Positions 10,576-20,192 of a stretch of 64,000 nt of DNA are shown here, piece by piece. A program made the position numbers and the translations under genes. The DNA comes from Marine group II euryarchaeote REDSEA-S42_B7. GTDB taxonomy: Archaea; Thermoplasmatota; Poseidoniia; Poseidoniales; Thalassarchaeaceae. The stretch spans positions 20,876-84,875 of the forward strand of contig LURZ01000009.1 of assembly GCA_001629255.1 (NCBI GenBank). The letters are read 5' to 3'. A model generated the notes under the pieces. The model did not search any database and was not told the DNA's origin. It saw only the letters and a list, made by a program, of their open reading frames with translations. Within the stretch, counting starts at the first letter, position 1. Each line of letters opens with the position of its first letter.

Positions 10576-11637
10576 ATGGGGGGACACGGAGTCATTCAAC
10601 GATATCGTGAGTTCCTGCCAGTTTCTCAGGATACCTGCATCATTTCTCTTAATGAGGGGAACACGCCACTGATAGAATCACACAATCTGGTACAGGCACT
10701 GGGTGGAGGCTTCCGCCTTTTCATCAAATATGAGGGGCTTAATCCCACGGCATCCTTCAAAGATCGAGGGATGACCCTTGCGGTAACCAAGGCAGTAGAA
10801 AGGGGCGTTCGCGCAATCGTTTGTGCCAGCACAGGCAACACGAGCGCCTCAGCAGCGGCCTATGCCTCTCGCGCGGGACTAACTTGCGTGGTCCTAATTC
10901 CAGAGGGCAAGATCTCCTATGGAAAGATGGCCCAGGCTCTCATTCATGGTGCGAAGACAATTGAAGTCAGAGGGAACTTCGATGAAGCTCTGGAGTTGGT
11001 CAGGGAATTGGGGCTCAGGGACGATATTGAAATCGTCAACAGCATCAATCCATTCAGAATTCAGGGCCAGAAGACTGGCGCATTCGAGGTCTGCGACCAA
11101 CTAGGGAATTGTCCAGACATGCACTTCTTGCCGGTTGGGAACGCTGGCAACATCACTTCCTATTGGATGGGCTACAAGGAGTACAGGGATGCTGGGAAGA
11201 TAGAGTCGCTGCCCATGATGATGGGATGGCAGGCAGAGGGCGCGGCACCGATTGTCAGAGGGGAGGTCGTTGATGCACCCGAGACAGTGGCTACAGCCAT
11301 CAGGATAGGGAATCCTTCTAGCTGGCAACTAGCCATAGAGGCCTCGGAGGAGTCCTCAGGGACAATAGACTCCGTCACAGATGAAGAAATACTCGATGCC
11401 CACAGGATGCTCGCGAGGACTGAGGGCATATTCGTCGAACCGGCATCTGCCGCGGGGATCGCGGGCATTGTGAAGAGCAACTCGAGGGGAGATATACCAA
11501 AAAACTCCACATTAGTCGTTACGGTAACCGGCCACGGACTTAAGGACCCGGCTATCGCTATCGAGAACTCCGCCGCCAAGTCTGTAGTTGTCGATCCAGA
11601 CCTCGAATCAGTCCTGGATGCAATCGGAATGCAATGA
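10576..11637 (+). CDS. thrC: Threonine synthase
   Basis: LNEGNTPL, NPTASFKDRG (PLP Lys), CASTGNTSAS, PVGNAGNI, TGHGLKDP. Confidence 0.93.
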   Translation: MGGHGVIQRYREFLPVSQDTCIISLNEGNTPLIESHNLVQALGGGFRLFIKYEGLNPTASFKDRGMTLAVTKAVERGVRAIVCASTGNTSASAAAYASRAGLTCVVLIPEGKISYGKMAQALIHGAKTIEVRGNFDEALELVRELGLRDDIEIVNSINPFRIQGQKTGAFEVCDQLGNCPDMHFLPVGNAGNITSYWMGYKEYRDAGKIESLPMMMGWQAEGAAPIVRGEVVDAPETVATAIRIGNPSSWQLAIEASEESSGTIDSVTDEEILDAHRMLARTEGIFVEPASAAGIAGIVKSNSRGDIPKNSTLVVTVTGHGLKDPAIAIENSAAKSVVVDPDLESVLDAIGMQ

Positions 11638-11670
11638 GTATGGTTATTGCTGTCTTGCCAATCCCACGTC

Positions 11671-12855
11671 ATGGATGACGACTTTTCAGACCGCGCATTC
11701 TCCACTAGAGCCGTCTGGTCCGGAACCAACCACTTGGAGGGGTCCGCAGTCACTCCTATATTCACCACCTCTACCTATCAGCTCAATGACGACAGGTATC
11801 GAGATTGGGCCGATGGCGGCCAGCACTCGCTGATCTACAGTCGCTGGTCGAGTGTGAACTCCGAGGCCGTGGCTTCGAAGGTAGCCTCTTTGGAGGGAGC
11901 CGAGGACGGAGAGACACTTGCAAGTGGAATGGCCGCGATCTCTTCCACCCTTCTTTCCATGCTTTCGAAGGGCGATCACATGGTCACATCCCCAGATATC
12001 TATGGGGGGACATATGGCCTACTAACCTCAGATTTCCCCAGATTCGGAATAGACGTAACTATGGCGGACATCAGAGACCCCTCTTCGTTTGAGGCCGCAA
12101 TAAACGAGAACACCAAGGTCCTCTATGTCGAGACAATTACCAATCCCGTACTGAAGGTGTGTGATTTGGAGGCCATGGCATCAATAGCGAAGGAGCATGG
12201 CCTGATTTCGGTTGTCGATAACACATTCGCTACTCCGTGGGCCTGTCAACCAATTTCAATGGGGTTCGATGTCGTCATTCACTCAGGAACTAAGTTCCTC
12301 AACGGACACAGCGATTTGACAGCAGGAATTGTTGTCGGAAGATCCGATCTAATCAAGGGGGTTTTCAAGACCAAAAGCAGGCTAGGGGGGACCGCTGACG
12401 CCTTCATGTGCTATCTTCTGGAGAGGGGCATGAGAACCCTTCATGCTAGGATGCCAATACACGCATCAAACTCTTCTGAACTGGCTAGAAGAATGCAAGA
12501 ACACCCAGAAATCAGCGCTGTCAACCATCCCTCTCTGGAGAGCTATGCTGACTACGAGGTGGCCAAACGAATCGTACCGAATGGGACGGGAATGCTATCA
12601 TTTGTTGTAAGGGGCGGGGATGAGAGAGCAATGCGCTTCGTCAGAGCGCTCGAAATCATCTTCGAAGCGACAAGCCTAGGAGGGATCGAGAGCCTAGTTT
12701 CTTGTCCATTCAACACGAGCGATATTTTCGTTCCCGAGGAGGATCGGCTAGAGGCGGGGATCGTCCCAGGTTTCGTGAGGATGAGCGTTGGAATAGAGGA
12801 TGTTGACGACCTATGGTCGGACATTGAACAGGCCCTGTTGGCCAGCCAATCCTGA
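11671..12855 (+). CDS. Cys/Met metabolism PLP-dependent enzyme (cystathionine gamma-lyase/synthase or methionine gamma-lyase family)
   Basis: ASGMAAI, VDNTFATP, HSGTKFLNGHSD, TSLGGIESL, RMSVGIED. Confidence 0.9.
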   Translation: MDDDFSDRAFSTRAVWSGTNHLEGSAVTPIFTTSTYQLNDDRYRDWADGGQHSLIYSRWSSVNSEAVASKVASLEGAEDGETLASGMAAISSTLLSMLSKGDHMVTSPDIYGGTYGLLTSDFPRFGIDVTMADIRDPSSFEAAINENTKVLYVETITNPVLKVCDLEAMASIAKEHGLISVVDNTFATPWACQPISMGFDVVIHSGTKFLNGHSDLTAGIVVGRSDLIKGVFKTKSRLGGTADAFMCYLLERGMRTLHARMPIHASNSSELARRMQEHPEISAVNHPSLESYADYEVAKRIVPNGTGMLSFVVRGGDERAMRFVRALEIIFEATSLGGIESLVSCPFNTSDIFVPEEDRLEAGIVPGFVRMSVGIEDVDDLWSDIEQALLASQS

Positions 12856-12866
12856 CAGGTGGAAAG

Positions 12867-13490
12867 ATGGACCAAACCCTCCTGCTCGCCACTCTTGTGT
12901 TCATCATACCGATGTGCTTCAGCCCCGGGCCAAACAATGTGCTCTGTGCTGCTCACGGCTCACAGCACGGGTTCAAGGCAACTCTTACACTGATCTCAGG
13001 AATGGCAGTAGGTTGGTCAGCTCTGGGCTTGTTCGTCGGAGGGGCTACTGTTTTCATCGAGAACAACCAGGAGTTCTTCGAGATATTGACCTACGTCGGA
13101 GCCGGTTACATTGCATACCTCTCGTTCAAGATCGCGACTTCAAACTCTCTCGAGGACGGCTCTATCGAGGAAGAGCGTCTTGGATTCTCGACCGGGGTTG
13201 CCATTCAGTTCGTTAACGGAAAGGCGTGGATTCACTTTTTGGTCCTCATGACTACATTCGGCTCCCTCTTTGGGACTGGATTCTCTGGAAAGGCAATGCT
13301 AGTGATACTGAATGTGATGTTCGGACTCCCAGCAGTCATGACTTGGGCTGCATTCGGCACGATCCTACGCAGAGCCTTCACTTCTCCTCGTTCGGCTACC
13401 TTCCTAAACCGAGGTATGGGTGTGTCCTTGTTTGTCGTAGCACTTTGGATAGTGATACCTCCAGACTATTACAGTACTCTTCTGGGTTGA
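12867..13490 (+). CDS. LysE/RhtB family amino-acid exporter
   Basis: FSPGPNN N-terminal motif, GAGYIAYLSFKI, QFVNGKAW; about 6 TM. Confidence 0.88.
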   Translation: MDQTLLLATLVFIIPMCFSPGPNNVLCAAHGSQHGFKATLTLISGMAVGWSALGLFVGGATVFIENNQEFFEILTYVGAGYIAYLSFKIATSNSLEDGSIEEERLGFSTGVAIQFVNGKAWIHFLVLMTTFGSLFGTGFSGKAMLVILNVMFGLPAVMTWAAFGTILRRAFTSPRSATFLNRGMGVSLFVVALWIVIPPDYYSTLLG

Positions 13491-13495
13491 ATTTT

Positions 13496-13580
13496 TGGTG
13501 CAGAGGGCAGGATTCGAACCTGCGAAGCACTACGCACTGGGACCTCATCCCAGCCCCTTTGACCGCTCGGGTACCTCTGC
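13496..13580 (-). tRNA. tRNA-Leu(GAG), CCA encoded
   Basis: Acceptor GCAGAGG/CCTCTGC-A-CCA, anticodon arm CTGGG-ATGAGGT-CCCAG, long variable arm, GGTTCGAATCC T-arm. Confidence 0.96.
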
Positions 13581-13611
13581 TTGTGAGTCGGTGGGCTTAC
13601 GCCTGCATATT

Positions 13612-13788
13612 TCAGAGGTATCCTAGCTTCCACATTGACAAGTAAATGATGGGAGCCAGGGGCAAGCAAACCGCAAACGCTCTCTTGAAGGCTCTCCACA
13701 GTCCGTCTTCCTTTCCTTCTGGGATGCTATCTGCCGCAGCCACAACCAATTCCTCAATTATGTCCGCTCCGGGACTAATGCTTGTCAT
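13612..13788 (-). CDS. Small hypothetical membrane protein (58 aa)
   Basis: MTSISPGADIIEELVVAAADSIPEGKEDGLWRAFKRAFAVCLPLAPIIYLSMWKLGYL*; SD GAGGTGG just upstream of the ATG; fills the gap; shorter than any ORF in the track. Confidence 0.7.
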   Translation of the reverse strand: MTSISPGADIIEELVVAAADSIPEGKEDGLWRAFKRAFAVCLPLAPIIYLSMWKLGYL

Positions 13789-13796
13789 ATTCCACC

Positions 13797-14690
13797 TCAG
13801 AACCTAATTCCTACTTTGGCGGCCATGGGAGGCGCCTCACCGGTCTTCGCATAATAGAACAGAGATGCCCTATTCACAGCATCAACTGTCGAGAAGAAGA
13901 GGACTGTGAACAATAGTCCCACAGCAAGGACTACGATTCCTAAGATTACTCCCAAATCACCTAAGTACATCAGTGGGATGGAAATTCCAATCAGAACGAA
14001 TATGCATAGAATCATCAGAAGCCCGGTTCCGATGTGAGATGTAACATCCTCTCCCCAGGTCCTCTTGAACAAGTCTGCACTTCTGCCCATGCTATCTAGT
14101 ATCCCGGCCCTCTCCAGGACAATCATGGGGATCATGAAGAATGTGACGATCCACCAAGCCATTCCAATGATGAAACTAGCCAAGCCCGCCACTATCCTCA
14201 GTGGAACCGGGGAGTCTTCGCTATGAGAAAGCCCCTCGAGTACCTGTATGAAAAGCCCGACAGTTCCTGCAATCAGTCCCCAAACCAGAATCTGTGGTAG
14301 ACACCTCACCGCTTGCCCAATGCCGTACGAGAAACTTGGATTAGTTCCCGAGCTGAGGCGCTCATACGCGCTTGCTACTATGGCCGCGTTCCAGAAGACG
14401 GTAATTACAGATACTAACATGTAGAAGACGAACCAAATTGCCATGTGTGCGAATACCAGCTCACCGCCACATTCGTCGCCGACGCACTCCGGGTTGGAGG
14501 CGATAGCATCCAGTCCGACCGAGCCGGATATCGCTGCCCCTATTGCTACGAGAGAGAATATAGCCGACAGGAATGTGTACACGAGTAACTCTGGGTCGGA
14601 CCAAACCACTGCAATCCCCAGTTTTGTCATCTTCCAACCTCGAGAGATCCTCTGCCCTATCCCAATTCTTCGCCCTCCTCTGCGAATCAT
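13797..14690 (-). CDS. Multi-pass membrane protein (DUF6159-like)
   Basis: RISRGWKMTK, VFWNAAIVASA, WWIVTFFMIPMIVLE, SADLFKRTWGE pattern typical of this family. Confidence 0.7.
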   Translation of the reverse strand: MIRRGGRRIGIGQRISRGWKMTKLGIAVVWSDPELLVYTFLSAIFSLVAIGAAISGSVGLDAIASNPECVGDECGGELVFAHMAIWFVFYMLVSVITVFWNAAIVASAYERLSSGTNPSFSYGIGQAVRCLPQILVWGLIAGTVGLFIQVLEGLSHSEDSPVPLRIVAGLASFIIGMAWWIVTFFMIPMIVLERAGILDSMGRSADLFKRTWGEDVTSHIGTGLLMILCIFVLIGISIPLMYLGDLGVILGIVVLAVGLLFTVLFFSTVDAVNRASLFYYAKTGEAPPMAAKVGIRF

Positions 14691-14723
14691 CCAAGAATCG
14701 CCTGTGGTAACCACGGCAGAATT

Positions 14724-15200
14724 CTACTGGTCAGGAGTAATAACGATATTCACGGAATCCCCAACGGAGACCCTACCTTCTCGCAAAACACGTGCTAGCC
14801 ACCTCGACCAACCGTACTCCTGATCGTGGTCGACTCTGTCAAATCGTCTCCCTATGAACGACCCGCCAATCTTAGAGCAGGGGGCGCAAGGCTCGCTAAG
14901 CTCAAGCACTACGTCGCCAATCTCCAAGCGCGCCCCCTCAGAAAGTGAATCCCAATCCACTCCTCGAATTGTCAGATTCTCACCCGTAGACCCGATCTCT
15001 ATCGGGTGACCCTCATTCTTCAGTCGCTGGATTAGCTCTAGAGAGAAGATACAGACTGCTCTATCTGCATCCCCGCCATTGTTCGATCGAAACCTGTTGA
15101 AATCCCCCTCAACCCCACTGTTCATGATATCCGCGGACTCAACCATGGACTTGGGTACGCCTCCGTCGCTAACGTTGATCGAGTGAACTTCGCCTCTCAT
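14724..15200 (-). CDS. MOSC domain protein
   Basis: GVEGD, DRAVCIFS, GENLTIRG, EPCAPCSK, RVLREGRVSVGD. Confidence 0.9.
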   Translation of the reverse strand: MRGEVHSINVSDGGVPKSMVESADIMNSGVEGDFNRFRSNNGGDADRAVCIFSLELIQRLKNEGHPIEIGSTGENLTIRGVDWDSLSEGARLEIGDVVLELSEPCAPCSKIGGSFIGRRFDRVDHDQEYGWSRWLARVLREGRVSVGDSVNIVITPDQ

Positions 15201-15209
15201 GGTAACCCT

Positions 15210-16127
15210 CTAGAATTCGAATTCAACCTCCAGCCTATCTACCATTTCTACATACCTCTCGGACAGCCCTTCGCCTGGGTCAACCAGATTATGCTTCCAA
15301 TACCTCCAAGAAGCAATAGCAAGAGTTGCGTATCTGTGCATCATTGGGAGTGACTCAATCTCCTTGTCCTCAAGAAGTCTGACGCTTTGATAACCCTCAA
15401 CCAGAGACTGCCACCTGTCCAACACTGGCTGTGTACCATCCCAGCCAAATCCAACGAATGCCATGGCCAAATCGAAAATCTTCGGACCTATCCAAGCCTC
15501 CTCTAAGTCAAGAATCGCACCAACCTCCCCCTTCCCGATGACATTGTCCGGAAACAGATCTCCGTGAAGGATTCCAACGGGGATTTCTTCGACTAGACCT
15601 TCCTTGATAGCACTGGCCTCAATAGCGAGAAGCTCTACAAAAGAGGAATCAGGACCCCCATCCTTCGATAGAGAAGAAACCTCTTCGAAAAGCGAAAAAC
15701 CCATCCGATATTCTGTAGGAAAACAATCCGAATTGGGTATCTCGTGCATTTGAGCCAATACCTTGCCCAGGTCGATTAGGGATTCAGAATCATTCCCAAG
15801 ATGACCTCCTCGGATATACGGAAGTAGAGTCCAAGCGACTCCGTTCTTCTCAGCAAAACTACTGTTGTCAGCAAGCTTGATTGGAACCGTAGTTGGAATT
15901 CCGTGATTATCAAGGTGGATGTGTCTGAGAATTACCCTATCGACCTCTTCTATCCTATTTGCAAACCATGCCTTCAGCACGACCTTACTACCATCAGCCA
16001 AATCAACGAGGAAGTTCTTGTTGTCCCAGCCTCCTGCAAGAGGGGCCATATTCTCGGAGTGCGGGAGCCCGGCTAGAGACAGTAGCCAATTTGCGTCTTC
16101 CAGCCGTACCTCGTTTGTCACGGACAT
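15210..16127 (-). CDS. Homoserine kinase type II / aminoglycoside-phosphotransferase-fold kinase
   Basis: GILHGDLFPDNV (Brenner motif as in Pseudomonas-type ThrB), ILDLEE, YQSVRLL; thrC nearby. Start uncertain (16127 or 16163). Confidence 0.75.
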   Translation of the reverse strand: MSVTNEVRLEDANWLLSLAGLPHSENMAPLAGGWDNKNFLVDLADGSKVVLKAWFANRIEEVDRVILRHIHLDNHGIPTTVPIKLADNSSFAEKNGVAWTLLPYIRGGHLGNDSESLIDLGKVLAQMHEIPNSDCFPTEYRMGFSLFEEVSSLSKDGGPDSSFVELLAIEASAIKEGLVEEIPVGILHGDLFPDNVIGKGEVGAILDLEEAWIGPKIFDLAMAFVGFGWDGTQPVLDRWQSLVEGYQSVRLLEDKEIESLPMMHRYATLAIASWRYWKHNLVDPGEGLSERYVEMVDRLEVEFEF

Positions 16128-16196
16128 CCCTGTACTTAGACACATATTGCTTCTTCTCTCCATTAGGACTTAACATTCGTATGGTTACGACGTGTC

Positions 16197-17087
16197 ATGG
16201 GCGACTCAGAGAGGGTTTCCGAGACACACGCTTTCCTAATTGGAACTCCAAAGTCAGGAACAACCTGGTTAGCCGCAACTCTCTCTCAAAACCCCAATAT
16301 TTGTGTCTCAAACCCCAAGGAGCCAAACATCATCGCCACCCACAAGGGAACCTTCTCACGTAGTGTAGAGGAACCCGACTGGGAACTATACGAATCGTTC
16401 TTCGATGGAGGCGGAGTAAGACTGGATGCTTCGATTCATGCCTTCTCGTGCCCGGAGGCACCAGGTAGGATTTCCGATAGATTCGATGATCCAAGATTCG
16501 TCTTATCTTTTCGTGAGCCAGTGTCCAGGGTCTTCAGTCATTGGAGAATGGTGTTAGACAGTGGAGAAGCAAAAAAGAACGGTGTAGATTGGTCGGAGTT
16601 CGAATCAGCTTGGGAGGACGAGAGGCTAAGATGCGACTCAAGGTATGGTAGCTCAATGGAAAGATGGTTACAGAAATTCCCATTAGACAGGTTCTACATC
16701 ATCGATAGTTCCGATTTGAGAACCAGGCCAGTCGAGGTTCTGGAGGAATTGGAACAGTTTCTCGGACTTCCTCAGCATGACTACAACATCGACATGTCAA
16801 GGAACTCTAATTCTGCCTCTCGTCGTAGGCCCATTTCGGCCATTGGAAAGGCCATCAGACTCGTCTTCTCACTTGTCCCACAAATGATCAAGGGGCCTGT
16901 TGTTAGAGTACTTCAGAAGAAGGATTTGAATATCTACAACGCTCCAATTCTCAGTAGTGCTGTCCCGCTGTTAAAAGCCCAAGAGGAGCATTACAGGATT
17001 TGCGAGAAAACTGTATCCGAAGAGGTACAACTGCTATCGAAATTAACTGGTTTCGAATCCAAGGGATGGATGGAAAAACAAAACTAA
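16197..17087 (+). CDS. Sulfotransferase family protein
   Basis: IGTPKSGTTWL 5'-PSB loop, KEP, REPVSRVFSHW 3'-PB motif. Confidence 0.88.
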   Translation: MGDSERVSETHAFLIGTPKSGTTWLAATLSQNPNICVSNPKEPNIIATHKGTFSRSVEEPDWELYESFFDGGGVRLDASIHAFSCPEAPGRISDRFDDPRFVLSFREPVSRVFSHWRMVLDSGEAKKNGVDWSEFESAWEDERLRCDSRYGSSMERWLQKFPLDRFYIIDSSDLRTRPVEVLEELEQFLGLPQHDYNIDMSRNSNSASRRRPISAIGKAIRLVFSLVPQMIKGPVVRVLQKKDLNIYNAPILSSAVPLLKAQEEHYRICEKTVSEEVQLLSKLTGFESKGWMEKQN

Positions 17088-17129
17088 TCCGACCGACAGA
17101 GAAAAATCCGGTTAGATTCTCGAAGAGCC

Positions 17130-18359
17130 ATGAGTGAGCCACAGACACGCCTTCTTGTGGTAAAGGCTGCAATGGTTAGTAATGGTGGCGCGGCGAGGGA
17201 CATAATGCGCAACCTTCCTGAAATCAGTAGAAAATTTGAGACTAAATTCGCATGTCTTAACATCCTGGAGAGCCAGAGGAAATCGATCGAATCGCTAGGT
17301 GTTGAAGTTCTTTGTCCAGACAACCAATGGGAAATAGAGGGTGGTCTTTGGAATGAGATTTCGGCTAAGCAGGATCGTAGCTCCAAGAGAGCATGGGAAG
17401 GATTGGATGGAATCCGCCGGGCTGTAGAATGGGCCGATGCTATCCACTTAACAACAGGAGCGGGTTCTATGGATTTCGCCTCATTAGTTCCCGACAGCAA
17501 GCCACTACACCTCCATTTCCTTGAGTCCAAACCAGGGATTTTTGACGATGTCAATCATCTTAACTCGGATGGGACCGGATTTTGGAGGGCAAAATTGGTT
17601 CATATGCTGCAATTCTATCATAGAAGAAGAATAATTTCCTCATTTCAAAGATTCAAGAAAAACAAATCTTGGGTTATAAATGCTAATTCCAAGTTCTCCG
17701 CCTCTCGACTGTGGAAGGAATACCAGATAGAGGGAGGAGTCCTATATCCTGTAGTCGATATTTCAGAATTCAACTCAAACCCGACAAACGAAGAAAAGGA
17801 GGCTCTGAGAAAACTTAGGAGTCAAGGTATTCCTTACTTGGTTACTGTTGGCAACATGAGTCGGTTCAAGGGGGTTTTTGAAGCGCTCGAGCATGTTTCA
17901 GGGTGCGACCTCGATCTGGTAGTAATTGGCGGGGGCTCTTCGGAGCAAAACCAACTATTCCGAAAAAAGGCAGACTCCCTGGGAGTGGATGTACAGATTC
18001 TTTCCAATTTGAACTCAATAGAGATGTGCGCCATCTTCAGAAACGCGAGGGCAGTTGTCGGCTTCTCGCATGGGGAGGCCTTCGGCTTGACGCCCGTAGA
18101 GGCTATGGCCATAGGAACGCCCCCGTTGTTTGTTGATTTTGGAGGGTATACAGATACAATCGTCGACGGGGTAAACGGAAGACTGCTTAGCAGAGGCGAC
18201 CTCGAAGCTTGGAGGAAAGCCTTCGAACAAGCCAAGGATGAGGAAACGAGAGAGTCATGGGCAAGGGAAGGTGTGACGCGAATCCAGGAACTAGGCCTTA
18301 CTCCTGAAAGACACGTGGAACGACTCAAGAAATCGATAGATTCGATCACTACCGTATAA
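17130..18359 (+). CDS. Glycosyltransferase family 4 (GT-B)
   Basis: VGNMSRFKG, EAFGLTPVEAMAIGTP (ExFGxxxxE), DTIVDGVNG. Confidence 0.88.
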   Translation: MSEPQTRLLVVKAAMVSNGGAARDIMRNLPEISRKFETKFACLNILESQRKSIESLGVEVLCPDNQWEIEGGLWNEISAKQDRSSKRAWEGLDGIRRAVEWADAIHLTTGAGSMDFASLVPDSKPLHLHFLESKPGIFDDVNHLNSDGTGFWRAKLVHMLQFYHRRRIISSFQRFKKNKSWVINANSKFSASRLWKEYQIEGGVLYPVVDISEFNSNPTNEEKEALRKLRSQGIPYLVTVGNMSRFKGVFEALEHVSGCDLDLVVIGGGSSEQNQLFRKKADSLGVDVQILSNLNSIEMCAIFRNARAVVGFSHGEAFGLTPVEAMAIGTPPLFVDFGGYTDTIVDGVNGRLLSRGDLEAWRKAFEQAKDEETRESWAREGVTRIQELGLTPERHVERLKKSIDSITTV

Positions 18360-18368
18360 TGATACACA

Positions 18369-19064
18369 TTAGAGGTCAGTATCCTCCTGCGTCCTCTCTA
18401 TCAACAGCCATATTTGTGCTCCGTAGTTCAGATTTGGCTCATCTATACTACTTACCTTCAGTCCCCTGTTTAAACAGGCCCTTTTTATCCATCTTAGACT
18501 ATGTCTAGCAATTCCTGGTTGATCAGATTCGTGACTCTTGCCAATCCAACTCTCTCCCTTGTAGCCGTCGAGGAATGGTATTCTTGGCCTCATGTAAGAA
18601 GTCAGGAATCTAGCCGAGGGGGACGAATGTCTGACAAATTGGTCAAGCATCTTTTCTATCTGTTTTTTGGAAGAATGGGTCCATATTGATCTTGCGATGA
18701 AATAATCGAAAGTTGTTCCGAATACATCGAACTCGAAGTCTGAATTCGTGTTGAATCTTGGTTTCTTATCTCGTAGTATTTTAGAATCGATTACTACTTT
18801 CTTCCCTATCTCAAGCATTTCTACATTAGGCTCCACACCGAAGTAACAGTCCGAATTTAGGTAGGGAATGAGCCACCTGCCTCCTCTAAGGCAGCCGCAG
18901 CCGATGTCTAAGACCAATGAAGACGCCATTAATCCAAAATGAGTAAGTATGGCCAATTGGTTTTCTCCTGCATCATGGAAGTCATTCTGGCTACCCCCGG
19001 AAAAAACCCCTGACTTATCCAGAATCGAGTAAATCCTCGCTGAATCTTCCCTAGAAATAGTCAA
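18369..19064 (-). CDS. Class I SAM-dependent methyltransferase
   Basis: VLDIGCGCLRGG motif I, FDYFIARSIWTH. Confidence 0.85.
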   Translation of the reverse strand: MTISREDSARIYSILDKSGVFSGGSQNDFHDAGENQLAILTHFGLMASSLVLDIGCGCLRGGRWLIPYLNSDCYFGVEPNVEMLEIGKKVVIDSKILRDKKPRFNTNSDFEFDVFGTTFDYFIARSIWTHSSKKQIEKMLDQFVRHSSPSARFLTSYMRPRIPFLDGYKGESWIGKSHESDQPGIARHSLRWIKRACLNRGLKVSSIDEPNLNYGAQIWLLIERTQEDTDL

Positions 19065-19074
19065 ACTGATACCT

Positions 19075-19731
19075 CTAATTTACTCCTAAAATAGCAAAAT
19101 CCGGTAGTTCTGCCAATTTATCATTTACTTCGGAGATGTGCTCGTGGAATGGCTTTAGGCTCGGATGCATTTCCCTCGTCTTTCTTACCTGAAAACCAGA
19201 AAATGGAACTTCGAAGGTTTTCTCGAATTCAGCTGCATTTTCCGTAATTCGATCCGTGTTTATCAGAATCACCGGAAAGAAACTCCCCGCCGTCCAATTG
19301 TCAATTTGCTTGGATACCTTCTCGATCCATCTCTCCACAGAGAATTCGCTGGTGTCGTCTCTTAGTTTGTTGTAGTTGAAAGTGAAGCCTCTGTTTATCT
19401 GAGAGCTCAGAGCCAAGCCGAAGTCATCCACAAAGCAGAAGGCACCCATTTGGACCCCTACATCTAGAGGTCTGATGTAATGACACCCCTTGACCCTGTG
19501 TGCCTCATTCCTGACCGTGTATTTGTGCTCCAGCAGGTTTACGATGAAGTTTGAGCGTGCCCCTCCGAACGAATTTACCCAAATGTCAATCGGCTCCTTG
19601 AGGAACATTTCTACTAACTCACTCTCTTCGGTCACTATCTTGGTCCCATCCGGGTTCTTTGGAGACCTATCGAATAGGGACCCAGGATCTGTAATGAGTT
19701 GCTTCAGTGTCCAAGCCCCCGGAATATACAT
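19075..19731 (-). CDS. Hypothetical protein, possibly sulfotransferase-like
   Basis: Fills the gap; WVNSFGGARSNFIVNLL loosely resembles a sulfotransferase PSB loop plus helix. Start uncertain. Confidence 0.55.
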   Translation of the reverse strand: MYIPGAWTLKQLITDPGSLFDRSPKNPDGTKIVTEESELVEMFLKEPIDIWVNSFGGARSNFIVNLLEHKYTVRNEAHRVKGCHYIRPLDVGVQMGAFCFVDDFGLALSSQINRGFTFNYNKLRDDTSEFSVERWIEKVSKQIDNWTAGSFFPVILINTDRITENAAEFEKTFEVPFSGFQVRKTREMHPSLKPFHEHISEVNDKLAELPDFAILGVN

Positions 19732-19865
19732 CTGATCCCCGATTCTTCTGCACGGGCATTCGTAATAAATCCCCACAATAGCGAGGTTCAAGCCCACTCA
19801 TTACGGCCAACTAAGGTGCACTCACTTACATATTGTTCAAAGGTTCAGAGCCTGACCGCAGGTCC

Positions 19866-20192
19866 ATGGTGAACATTGCATCAACCATCCTTGCTGGGTT
19901 CCAGGACGATTTAGTCGTCCTGTTCGGCGAAACATTAGGCTGGATCGTAGGGCATTCCATTCTTGCAGCAGCTCTGGCAACTATCGTTTTGGGCATTAAG
20001 GAGCGGGATCATATCATCCAGAGATCAGGATTCGGAAAGAACGAGATATTAGACCTGGGCGTCTTCCTCCTACTCACACTTTCCCTATTCTATATTTACA
20101 CGAACACATTCAACTTCGAATCAGTTGCCTCGTTGGCTCTCGGAGCCACCTCTTCCCTGTCAATCAGATGGATGGTCACCGTATTGGGCTAG
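19866..20192 (+). CDS. Hypothetical membrane protein
   Basis: Three hydrophobic segments; ATG 19866. Confidence 0.65.
   Translation: MVNIASTILAGFQDDLVVLFGETLGWIVGHSILAAALATIVLGIKERDHIIQRSGFGKNEILDLGVFLLLTLSLFYIYTNTFNFESVASLALGATSSLSIRWMVTVLG

Noticed and set aside
13496..13580. tRNA-Leu or tRNA-Cys as an integration site for a mobile element
   Set aside because: No integrase gene, and no duplicated tRNA 3' end was seen in the window.
13469..13699. 76-aa ORF spanning the tRNA
   Set aside because: Runs through tRNA-Leu; the SD-supported 13612-13788 frame explains the region better.
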